Below, one piece after another: positions 1-9,889 of a stretch of 64,000 nt of DNA. A model generated the notes under the pieces. That model saw only the letters and a list, made by a program, of their open reading frames with translations, was not told the origin of the DNA and ran no database searches. Source of the DNA: Opitutales bacterium (GTDB taxonomy: Bacteria > Verrucomicrobiota > Verrucomicrobiia > Opitutales > UBA2987); assembly GCA_965226885.1 (NCBI GenBank), contig CBDDEL010000010.1, positions 1-64,000 on the forward strand, read 5' to 3'. The position numbers and the translations under genes are program-made. Each line of letters opens with the position of its first letter. Position 1 is the stretch's first letter.

Positions 1-387
1 TACCGTTTGCAACAATGGATCGTGGCGCAGGGTATCAAAGTCGTTCAAATCCTCATAGCCCGCCACCAGCCCGTAAACGCGCTGCCGCAGCATCCCCAAT
101 ACCTCATGGCGTACTTTGCCCTTCTGCCGTTTGTCCACTAACTGTCGGGCCGCTCGTTCGGTCAAGCCCAACTGCCGATCCACTTCCCGGATCAAAAGCA
201 GTCCGGCATCCGAAGTAACCTCTCCGCCCTTGAAATCAACCCGCACACGGCGGCCTTTTACCCTTGTCAACTGTAGCTTTAATTGTTTACCTTTTGTCAT
301 CGCTGATATTGCTTTAATTATTGATCTATCCTGCTGTATATCAGCAGTTAAGCATATCAACGATACTTTTTTTACGAAATATCCGGG
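1..387 (-). mobile_element. IS1380-family element, left end plus 5' part of transposase (runs off window)
   Basis: 1-390 matches 1226-1615 (offset 1225, one SNP seen); terminus CCCGGATATTTCG on the minus strand. Confidence 0.85.
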
Positions 388-1525
388 CTAACCGGCGCAT
401 GGCTTCCATCAAGGTGTAGGCCAGCGCCGACAAGAGCAATCGCCACTGATTGGCCCACCATTGATGGGCGCTGGTGCGCTCGCTGAACAATTGCATCTGT
501 TCCTTGATTCGGTTCTCCATTTCACCGCGGCCACAGTATACCTTGTCGTAAAGCTCCTGGGGATCGCCCGGCAGGTTCGTCACCACGAAGCGCGGGTTGG
601 ACCCCTGTGCGGTGTGTTCGGCTTTATGGATGACCAACCGCAGCCATCGCCACGAATCGGCAGCATAGACGAAGTCCTGGAATAACCGTTGTTTTTCACC
701 CCTTAGTTCGAACCATTCTTTGGCCTGCTTTTGCAACTGCTGGGCGTCTTGCTGCAAGCGTGCATTGCGAGCCATCCCCACGATGTAACTAACTTCGTTG
801 CGGTCGCACCAAGAGAGTATCCGGTCTCGACAAAATCCACTGTCAGCGCGCCAGATAATCCGCGTACGGGGCCAGCTTTGGCGCATCCGTTTAACCAGCA
901 ATTTGAGGATGGCCCCGGCATGCTTGCTGGCATCGATCTTGCTCGGCCGCAGGTAGGCCACCAGCAGCTGATCACCGCAAAAAACATATAGCGGCAGAAA
1001 ACAGTAATGATCATAATAACCGTGGAAAAAACGTCCCTCCTGGAGCCCGTGCACCGGATTGTCGGTGGCGTCAAAGTCCAGGATGATCTCTTCGGGTTCC
1101 TCGGCAAAGGAGCCCATGAACTGTTCGACCAACAGCTCGTTTACCGCAAAGGCCGCCCGCCGATCCTGCCCGTTTTCAAAACGACACAAAGTCGGCGCGC
1201 TGGCCAACGTTTCAATGCGCCCCGTTACCGTTTGCAACAATGGATCGTGGCGCAGGGTATCAAAGTCGTTCAAATCCTCATAGCCCGCCACCAGCCCGTA
1301 AACGCGCTGCCGCAGCATCCCCAATACCTCATGGCGTACTTTGCCCTTCTGCCGTTTGTCCACTAACTGTCGGGCCGCTCGTTCGGTCAAGCCCAACTGC
1401 CGATCCACTTCCCGGATCAAAAGCAGTCCGGCATCCGAAGTAACCTCTCCGCCCTTGAAATCAACCCGCACACGGCGGCCTTTTACCCTTGTCAACTGTA
1501 GCTTTAATTGTTTACCTTTTGTCAT
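388..1525 (-). pseudogene. IS1380 transposase (DDE_Tnp_1_4 type), C-terminally truncated
   Basis: Likely start MTKGK at 1525; after ...MEAMRRLA the frame reads into the other copy's end (RIFRKK...) to a stop at 341. Confidence 0.85.
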
Positions 1526-1612
1526 CGCTGATATTGCTTTAATTATTGATCTATCCTGCTGTATATCAGCAGTTAAGCATATCAACGATACTTTTTTTGC
1601 GAAATATCCGGG
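388..1612 (-). mobile_element. IS1380-family element, 3'-truncated by the upstream copy
   Basis: Same terminus at 1612; transposase motifs TSDAGLLL, GYEDLND, LDFDATD, RADSGF, RGEMENRIKE. Confidence 0.9.
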
Positions 1613-1901
1613 CTAGAAAGCTGTGCGGGGAACCGGTTAGCTGACTATCCCTGTTGGAGTATGGACCCGACGCATGGAGGTCTGGTTGAGAGGGTTGCCC
1701 GACTGGAACGGCTTCGATTAACATATGTCCTGATGGCGAACGGGGGCGAGGTTTGAAAGGACAGGGATCACACAAACAAGGCAGCGGTTAGTTCCCTCCA
1801 AACCCAAGCATTTTCCCCTTGACAAACAGGGTCTTCAGCGCACCATCGAAGACTTCGGCGATGTGTTCGGGTTTGCTATCAAGCTATAAAACAATGAGGA
1901 A

Positions 1902-2896
1902 ATGAATAAGGGTGAGATGATGAAAAACCCGTTACTCGCGCTGATGGTGCCAGCGTTGCTGTTCTCCTCCGGCCAAATATGGGCCAAGAACGGATTTTAC
2001 ATGGGAATGGACTTGGGCATTGCGGTGGCTCCGGGCATGGACGTGGAGAGCTGGGATAATGATGTTGCAACTCAATGCGACGGGTTCATTAATAATGACG
2101 GGGCAGGGAATTTTCTGGTGCCGCCGAGGAAGGATTGTACCCAGTCTACGAGAGACGCTTTCCGAGAGACGCTTTCTCCTGGATTCAACAGTTTGATGGG
2201 GGCACTGGCCTTTTGGCCGGGGTGGCCTTTGGGTATCGCCTGGAGAGATTAAGGGTCGAGGGGGAATATTTCTATCGCGGCACGACCTATGATGAATCGA
2301 TCGATAACATCCAGCTACTACCTGCGGGGGAACCGTTCCAGGGTGGTAAGCAAGATGAACTCAGCTACATAGAAGCCGGGGTCGATGACGTGCTGTCGCA
2401 CAACTTCTTCGCCAACCTGTACTACGACTTCCGCTCGGACTCGAAGTTTACACCGTACGTGGGATTTGGAGTCGGGTTTGCGCAGATTTCCTTGGACTAC
2501 TTTAACCGATGGGCGAGGAATTATGACTTCCGCGACATACCGACATTCACAATTGACAAGGACATTGAGGATATTTCGGAGGCAGAACGTGAGAACCGCG
2601 AGCTTCTGAACCAGCGGGTCGCCGGGACGACTACCATCGGCAGGGCCAAGCTCTCGAATAGCCTGTTCGGGTATCAGGCGATCGCCGGGGTGGATTATCG
2701 GGTCAGTGAGCCGGTCACCATCGGGCTCAAGTTCCGGTGGGCGGATTTCGGTGAATTCGAGGATGGGGAAGAGTGGGATCAGCTCCGCAGTCATGAGTCC
2801 GCTGTTAAACCGGGCGGTGCGCGGGTGCGATACACAGCGATGACGGAGGACATTCAATTCTGGGGCGTCAGCCTCAACCTAAAGTATCAGTTCTGA
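1902..2896 (+). pseudogene. Outer-membrane beta-barrel protein (opacity/Msp2-like), frameshifted
   Basis: Signal peptide, GFYMG start, PYVGFGVG, C-terminal beta-signal LKYQF; split by a 14-bp tandem duplication CGAGAGACGCTTTC at 2149-2176. Confidence 0.85.
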
Positions 2897-2929
2897 CCGA
2901 CGACGAGCCGGCCCTCGAAGCCGTCCGCG

Positions 2930-3376
2930 ATCTCCCGCAGATAGACGGCCTCGCATTTGAGCGAACGCAACAGCCGCTCGATGCGGATGTTGTCCAGTCA
3001 CCGGCCCCTGCCGTCCATCGAGATCTTGACGCCAATTTCCCTCAGGCGGCCGCTGAAAGCGAAGCCGGTGAACTGGCTACCCTGGTCGGTGTTGAATATC
3101 TCCGGCGCGTGCCGTGGCGGGCCAGCGCCTCGTCGAGAGCGTCTGTGCAGAAACCCGCGTCGAGGGTGTTCGACAGACGCCAAGCCAGCACATGCCGACT
3201 CGCCCAGTTCATGACCGCTACCAGGTAAAGAAAGCCGCGCCGCACCGGGATGTAGGTGATGTCGGCGCACCAGAGCTCGATCGCCAAGTCATTGAGCGGA
3301 TAGGGGTAGACCCGGTGCTCGGGGTGAGGATCGCTGATGCGCGGCGCGCGGTAGACCGCCTGAAGCCCCATCAGGC
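2930..3376 (-). mobile_element. IS3-family OrfB (rve integrase core) relic, frameshifted
   Basis: Fragments WCADITYIP..GFLYLVAVMNWASR, IFNTDQGSQFT, ISMDGRGR in different frames; boundaries approximate. Confidence 0.8.
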
Positions 3377-3595
3377 TGACTGGGCCCCTGGATTTCCTTC
3401 CGCTTAAGGTGGAGTCTATCGCCTGGAGAGGAGATGGACATGAAGACGTTCCCGTTTCAGTGAAGAGCAGATAATCGGCATCCCGCGCGGGTAGGAGCGG
3501 GGCCTGAAGACGTCGGAAGTGTGCCGTCGCCATGGGATTTCCGAGACCACGTTCTACAAGTGGAAAGCGAAGTTTGGCGGCCTTGAGGTGCGATT
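3377..3595 (+). mobile_element. IS3-family (IS407-like) OrfA relic
   Basis: RFSEEQIIGI...CRRHGISETTFYKWKAKFGGLEV, broken frame; boundaries approximate. Confidence 0.7.
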
Positions 3596-3785
3596 GTCTT
3601 ATAGGTCAGTCCTTACGGGTCTGCGAACGGATGTTGGCCATGGCGACAAGACCCGACATGAAATAGACTTTCAGACCGGACTGCCCGGTGGAAGCCGGTC
3701 AAGGACATAACTGTAAACGCCGGGGAAAAACCGGTACGGTAAAGAGGGCGCTTTAAAACCGGTACGCTTATCCTAGAAAGGAGGA

Positions 3786-5293
3786 GTGTATCGAGATATG
3801 AAGCAATGGACAAGAGTGCGGCACAAAGTGCTGCGGGACAAGCAGAGCAAGCGCTCTGTAATGCGAGAAGAGGGACTGCACTGGGAGACCCTGGGAAAGA
3901 TGCTGGCCTATTCCCAGCCGCCGGGAGACCGGCGCAAGAAGAGGCGAGAGCGCAAGATCGATCCGTATGTGGGCTGGATCGAGGAGGTGCTCAAAGCGGA
4001 CCGGAACGTGCCCAAGAAGCAGCGCCATACGGCCAAACGGATCTACCAGCGTTTGGGTCGGGAGAAGGGCTACCAAGGGGGCTACACGGCGGTCAAGGAG
4101 GTGGTGGCCGAGCTGCGAGCGAGGCGGCGGGAAGTGTTCGTGCCGCTGGAGCACCGCCCCGGGGAGGGACAGGTGGACTTCGGTCATGCCCTGGTGAAGG
4201 AGGCGGGGCAATTGCGTAGGCGGCCATTTTTTGCCATGAGCCTGCCCTACAGCGATGCCTTTTTCGTGCAGGTGTTCGAACGGGAGTGCACGGAGAGCTT
4301 CTGGGAGGGGCCCCTGCGAGCTTTTGAGTTTTTCGGGGCGGTGCCCCGGCGCATCAGCTATGACAACTCGAAGGTGGCGGTGGGTAAGATTATCGGTTCG
4401 CGTGAACGCAAGCTGACCGACGGGTTTCTGCAGCTACAGAGCCATTACCTGTTCGAGGAACACTTCTGTCTGCCCGCCCGGCCCAACGAGAAGGGCGTGG
4501 TCGAGGGGATCGTGCGTTATGCCCGGGCCAACTTCCTGGTACCGGTACCGCAGGTTCGGGACCTGGAGGAACTCAACGCAAAGCTGTTGGAGGCATGTGA
4601 GCGGGACATGGAGCGTAAATTACGCGGGAAAAGGGCGGTGAAAAAGGAACTGCTGGCCGAGGAGCGCGCCGTCATGCTGGCGTTGCCGCCCATACCCTTT
4701 GAAGCGAGCCGCAAACGCTCGACCTGCGTCAGCAGCCTCTCGCTGGTGCGCTTCGAGTGCAACGACTATTCGGTGCCGGTGCGCTGCGCCCACCATCCGG
4801 TGGTGGTGGAAGGGTCCTGTCGGCAGGTGGTGATCTTCTGTGGGGGCCAAGAGGTGGCCCGGCACCGCCGCATTTGGGATAAAGAGCAAGTCTCTTTCGA
4901 GCCGGTGCACTACCTGGCTTTGCTGGAGAAAAAACCGGGCGCTTTGGACTTCGCCCGCCCACTCTCGGGCTGGCAGTTGCCGCAGTGCCTGCAGGTCCTC
5001 AGACGCCGGCTCGAAAGCCAATGCGGGGGCGAAGGCACCCGGGAGTATATCCGGGTGCTGCGGCTGTTGGAGAAACACCCCATGGCGGCCTTGCAGCAGG
5101 CCGTCGTCTCGGCCCTGCGGGTGGGGGGGGACTGACTCGTGAGGCCATCGCCCAGTATCTCTATCCTCAGGAAGACTACGGGAGCAGAACCTTCCGGCTG
5201 GACGGCCATCCACACCTGCGTCACGTCCGTGTGGCCGCCCCTGACCTCGGTGCCTACAGCGAACTGCTCAAGATTCCAGGAGGGGCTTTATGA
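3786..5293 (+). pseudogene. istA: IstA transposase, frameshifted near C-terminus
   Basis: GQVDFG, YDN, EKGVVE DDE motifs; G8 run at 5123-5130 versus G6 in copy 2 gives an early stop at 5135. Confidence 0.85.
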
Positions 5294-6057
5294 AGGAAGA
5301 AAAAAACCAGCTGCTGTTACACCATCACCTCAAGAAACTGAAGTTGCCCACCATCCTGCGCGAATGGCCGGCGGTGGCCGCGGCTTGTTCCCGGGACCGG
5401 CTCGATTACGCCGCCTTTTTGTTGCATCTGGTCGAACTGGAGCTCATTGAACGCGAACAGCGGGCCGCCCAGCGGCGGATCAAAAACGCCCGTTTCCCCG
5501 TGCTCAAGACCCTCGAGAGCTTCGCCTTTGAAGCGCAGCCCTCGATCAACGAAGCGCTCATCCGAGAGCTCATGCGCGGGGAGTATGTCGACCAGCGCGA
5601 AAACGTGCTGCTCCTCGGTAACGCCGGTACCGGTAAAACGCACCTGGCCACCGCCCTGGGCTTTGCCGCCTGTGCCCAGGGCCGGCGGATCCGTTTCTTC
5701 GGGGTCACCGCCCTGGTTACCCATATGCTCGAGCAACGCGACAACCACGACCTGCAGCGCTTCATGAAGCAACTCGAAAGGCTCGACCTACTCATCCTCG
5801 ACGAACTCGGTTACGTCCCTTTCTCCAAGACCGGTTCCGAACTGCTCTTCGACGTGGTCAGCCGCGCTTACGAGCGCACCAGTCTCATCGTCACCACCAA
5901 CCTGCCCTTTGAGAACTGGATCGAAGTGCTCGGTTCCGAACGGCTCACCGGAGCTCTGCTGGACCGACTCACCCATCGGGTGCATATCCTCGAAGCCAAC
6001 GGGCAAAGCTACCGCTTGCGCGATGCTCGACGCCGTCGCCGTGGCACAAAACAATAA
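5290..6057 (+). CDS. istB: IstB ATP-binding helper protein
   Basis: Walker A GNAGTGKT, LLILDELGY, LLDRL. Confidence 0.95.
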   Translation: MKEEKNQLLLHHHLKKLKLPTILREWPAVAAACSRDRLDYAAFLLHLVELELIEREQRAAQRRIKNARFPVLKTLESFAFEAQPSINEALIRELMRGEYVDQRENVLLLGNAGTGKTHLATALGFAACAQGRRIRFFGVTALVTHMLEQRDNHDLQRFMKQLERLDLLILDELGYVPFSKTGSELLFDVVSRAYERTSLIVTTNLPFENWIEVLGSERLTGALLDRLTHRVHILEANGQSYRLRDARRRRRGTKQ

Positions 6058-6322
6058 ACGCCTTGGGCCCGGCTCGTCGGCCTCCGGCCTCCTCACCGAC
6101 CCCAAGCCAATCCCCAAAACCAACTCCCAAACCCTAAACCTTGACGTACCTGCAATTACTAACCTAAACCTTATTCCAAGCGTACCGGTTTTACCCCGAC
6201 CCCCGTACCGGTTTCATCCCGGCGTTTACAGACATATTAAGTCATCGAAGGGTATATAAAAATTCTATCTATTTTCTATCCCAGATTGTACAAGTCTGTC
6301 AGTTAATCCATAAATCTCCTAC

Positions 6323-7150
6323 ATGATGGTGAAAAAGCCAGAAGTTAAGAAAATCTCTGATTTAAAGGACAAGCTGGATGCTTACCGGGCATCGGCCCTT
6401 GCGGCGGGGAAAGGACCGACCCGAACCGGCAATCTGGCCCTGGCTAGTGCTGCCGCTGGTGGTGCTGCGCTGGCCGTCGCCCCGGCGGCCGAAGCGACCA
6501 TCCAATACAACGGCCAGCAGAATATTTTCTTGCAGGGAACACTGGGAATAGCGGCATATGATGGATTCGCGTATACTTTCATCGATATGGATGGCGATGA
6601 CTCTGACGACTTCATCCTTCTTCAAGGGCACAAATACACCAATACCGATACCGAAATTAACAAGTACATCGCCCTAGTCCTGCCCGATAATGCTAATGCG
6701 AGCATTGTTGGGACTCCTGGCACCGAACCTTATAATATTCCTAATGCCAAGGTATTGAGCGGCAACTACAATATTTCCAACACCCTTACCGGGACCGGCA
6801 GCGAATTCTGGGACGATGACCTAAATATTTTTGGCAAGTATGTCAACTATGGTGGCGAAATCTACAGCATTGGTAATTTCCCTAACCAGGGGAATAAGTA
6901 CCTCGGTGTCCGGTTTACTAATGCCACAGGCGAACACTTCGGGTGGATCCGGGTCAACGTTGCGGCAAAGAGCGCCTCGATCACTATCATCGATTGGGCC
7001 TGGGAAGACGAGCCTGACACCCCCATTCAGGCAGGAGCGGGCGCTGTCATCATCCCGACGCTGAACGAATGGGGCATCATCGTATTAATGACCCTGCTGG
7101 CAGGGGCTGCCGCCTGGAAAATGAACAAGCCCGAGCTTTTGCAGGCTTAA
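6323..7150 (+). CDS. IPTL-CTERM sorting-signal surface protein
   Basis: Ala-rich signal-like N-terminus; C-terminal IPTLNEWGIIVLMTLLAGAAAWK. Confidence 0.8.
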   Translation: MMVKKPEVKKISDLKDKLDAYRASALAAGKGPTRTGNLALASAAAGGAALAVAPAAEATIQYNGQQNIFLQGTLGIAAYDGFAYTFIDMDGDDSDDFILLQGHKYTNTDTEINKYIALVLPDNANASIVGTPGTEPYNIPNAKVLSGNYNISNTLTGTGSEFWDDDLNIFGKYVNYGGEIYSIGNFPNQGNKYLGVRFTNATGEHFGWIRVNVAAKSASITIIDWAWEDEPDTPIQAGAGAVIIPTLNEWGIIVLMTLLAGAAAWKMNKPELLQA

Positions 7151-7243
7151 AAAGACCGGCAAGGCATATACGTTTTGGCCTATTGCGGGGAAGCAACACC
7201 TTCGCCCGTAGGAACGAGAACCCATACCCGAATGCCTAGATTA

Positions 7244-9060
7244 GAGGCTGTCCCAAAAGGGTGATTTTTGCGAGGGCTTTTGATAGGCGCTCATTTTAGA
7301 GGTATCTGCATTTGGGAGAGTATCAACTTTGCTCTCCTATGACGTTAGGATACTGGTTTTGGGGTCCGGTTGCCTGGTTTTCTTTGTATGAGCCGACAGT
7401 AAGGCTGTGAAAAAGTATTGTCCTTGCTTTTCCGCTCTCTAGGCCGCCGCTTTGGTTTTTAGTTCGTCTTGCTGGGCCAGCATCTTGGCTACTTTCCATA
7501 GGTTGTGCGAGAGTACCGACCAGGCTACGCTGATCGAGCGGTTGGCAAAGCCTTTGCTGCGCAACCGCCCAGCCTGCCAGCGATTCTTCAATACCCCGAT
7601 CCGCCCTTCGGTGCTGGCCCGGCGCTTTTGCAATTGTCTGAACAGTGGTTCCTCCCTCCGTTTTTTCAACTGCTTCGGATCGCGTGGACAGAGCGCGTCG
7701 TAGATTCCCTCCTGGGCTAACTGCCGGCGGGCCCGCTGGGAGGCAAATCCCCGGTCCGCGCACATGGCCGCTATGGGTTCTTCCAGGTTGAAGCGGTTCT
7801 GTCTTTGCAAACTCTCTTGCATTTGTTCATTTTCGCTTGGAGTTCGGCTGCCGTAGAGTTTCCAGTCCAGCAGGTACCCTTCAACGCTTTCTCCCAAAAA
7901 CAGGGTGTTGCCGAACTCGACCTCTTGGCCCGCTTTACCTCGCACAATCACCTGCCCATCGAGTTCGTAAACACTCAAGACTTTCTCTGCGTTTTTCACC
8001 TGGCGGCCGCCAATGATCCGCTCGTGCGCCTGTTTGATGACCACCGGGATTTGCTCGCTCATGCGCTCCATCCGGGCGAGGATCTGTTGGACCTGTTTTT
8101 CGCTGTAATCGCTTTGCTCCCAGCAGGCTTGCAATAATTCCCGGTGACTGCGGGCATGCTCCCCGATCCGTTTGAGCAGCTTTTTCATCTGCCTCAAGAT
8201 ACCCTTGCGCTGCCGCGCGCTGTCCTTTCGCCGCCGGCTGTGGGTCATCTGTATGCACAGCCGATTCATCTGCCGAGCCAAGGGCTCCGGTTCGATCGGC
8301 ATGCGATGGCGCAAACCGGCCTTCTCGCGGATCAGCCGGATCGCTTTGAGCAACGTGCCGGCTACATCCTTGAGTAATACCCAGTCCGTCGGCCAATGAA
8401 TGTTAGCCTCCAAACAGGTGCCGTCGATCAGGCAAAAGGTGGTGTCAATCGGCTTGTCCAATCCCACCTGCCGGGCCAGAAGGGCATCGCCCACCACCTC
8501 AGTCAAGGTCCGGTGCAAGGCCCTCAACTGCTCTTCGCTGAAAAACTTCGAGGCCCGCTCCAGGGTGCTTTTGGAGATGCCCCTGATGCCATCGATCTGC
8601 CGGACACGGCAAAAGTCGGCCAACAGATCGCTGCTGCCCAGAGCCCGCGACAAATGCCGAAACGAAATCCCTCCGAGCAGACGGCCCAGCGTATCCATGC
8701 GCAGTGCCTTGATGGCAAAACTGGCCCGCTGCCGCCGGGCCTTTAGACCCATTGGCGGCCACCCCTCCAAGGCCAGCTCAATGGCCTGCGATTCCACCTC
8801 CGAGTCGATCAGCAGCCGATCGATTCGATCAATGGTGGCGCGGAAGTTATCGTAATCGAGGCACCGGTCGACCACAGTTAAAGCTGGACGCAGGAGGCAT
8901 TGGATGGCTATATTTTTCATAGAAAGGGCTATATTGATTTTCGCTAACTCAATTATAGAACCCTTTTTTGGCCGGATCGAGCAAAAACTTGCTCTTTCCG
9001 GCTCTTTTTATCAACGTCATCCAGTTGACTATAAAATCTTTATATTTTTGGGACAGCCTC
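7244..9060 (-). mobile_element. IS5/ISNCY-like element, copy 1 (1817 bp)
   Basis: IRs GAGGCTGTCCCAAAA; 7-bp TSD TAGATTA. Confidence 0.9.
7439..8920 (-). CDS. DDE transposase (IS5/ISNCY-like), 493 aa
   Basis: IDGTCLEANIHWPTD, GKAGQEVEFG, ADRGF, RASTEGRIG. Confidence 0.9.
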   Translation of the reverse strand: MKNIAIQCLLRPALTVVDRCLDYDNFRATIDRIDRLLIDSEVESQAIELALEGWPPMGLKARRQRASFAIKALRMDTLGRLLGGISFRHLSRALGSSDLLADFCRVRQIDGIRGISKSTLERASKFFSEEQLRALHRTLTEVVGDALLARQVGLDKPIDTTFCLIDGTCLEANIHWPTDWVLLKDVAGTLLKAIRLIREKAGLRHRMPIEPEPLARQMNRLCIQMTHSRRRKDSARQRKGILRQMKKLLKRIGEHARSHRELLQACWEQSDYSEKQVQQILARMERMSEQIPVVIKQAHERIIGGRQVKNAEKVLSVYELDGQVIVRGKAGQEVEFGNTLFLGESVEGYLLDWKLYGSRTPSENEQMQESLQRQNRFNLEEPIAAMCADRGFASQRARRQLAQEGIYDALCPRDPKQLKKRREEPLFRQLQKRRASTEGRIGVLKNRWQAGRLRSKGFANRSISVAWSVLSHNLWKVAKMLAQQDELKTKAAA

Positions 9061-9120
9061 TAGATTAGCAAATCTTCATTGCTGGCAAAGGAATACCAAC
9101 TATCTTGCAACTCTATTTTG

Positions 9121-9636
9121 TCAATTGACGGGCAAAACTGTTGGCACGCTGAAGAGGCTGCCATCGTCGAAGCTTTGGAAAAATCGTTTGCCCGGGGTAT
9201 TATCATCGAATGTATAAATCCATCCTGAGTTGTCCCCAAACATAAGCATCCAGCGGTAGGTATTTTCGTTCAGGAAAAGCCAATCACCGAGGCCCAAATC
9301 CCACAAATAAATAATCTCCTCGGTGCTATTCTCGGAAACAAACTGCCAACCGTGTTCGTCGTGGTAAATCCAGGGCCAGAAATCGACATTGTAGTTCAAG
9401 TACCAAGGCGACGCATGCCAGCCGGGAAAACTATCTATGGGCTCTCCCCTGAAAGAATCCAGCGCAGGTTCTGGAGTTTCAGGTGGTAGTTCCGGCTCGG
9501 GTTCTCCATGGTAGGAGTAGGGGGTCAGTTGGGCGAATCCCACCGTCATAACGCCAAGTGGTAAGAGGATGAAACTCAGGACCACCATCCCCGGTTTTAA
9601 AATTCGAATTGGTGAGGGGATGCATATTTGTGCCAT
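9121..9636 (-). CDS. Small exported protein made mostly of a Trp-rich C-terminal domain
   Basis: Hydrophobic N-terminus, Pro/Glu linker, SPWY..PWIYHDEHGWQ domain also found at ~28770 and 52229. Confidence 0.7.
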   Translation of the reverse strand: MAQICIPSPIRILKPGMVVLSFILLPLGVMTVGFAQLTPYSYHGEPEPELPPETPEPALDSFRGEPIDSFPGWHASPWYLNYNVDFWPWIYHDEHGWQFVSENSTEEIIYLWDLGLGDWLFLNENTYRWMLMFGDNSGWIYTFDDNTPGKRFFQSFDDGSLFSVPTVLPVN

Positions 9637-9889
9637 TGGAATAGCCTCCGGTTTGCTAATGTATCAAGGGTGTCTATTTTTCGTTAATTTTACCTGGATA
9701 TACCCTGGATATACGGGTGTGAAACAAACACGTATACACTTGTGTTCGAGTGTATATTACTCCTTTCAATACTCTTTGGCGATTGTTTTTTTTCGGCACC
9801 GGTAAGAGGAAAAGGCGGCAGGAGTAACAGTTTAGAAAAGCAAGCCATAATCAATGAAGGGAGGATATGCGAATGCCACGGCTTAGCTA

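Larger units (their letters stand above)
3712..6230 (+). mobile_element. IS21-family element, copy 1
   Basis: TGTAAACGCCGGG...CCCGGCGTTTACA inverted ends, repeated AAACCGGTACG end motifs, istA-istB. Confidence 0.95.
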
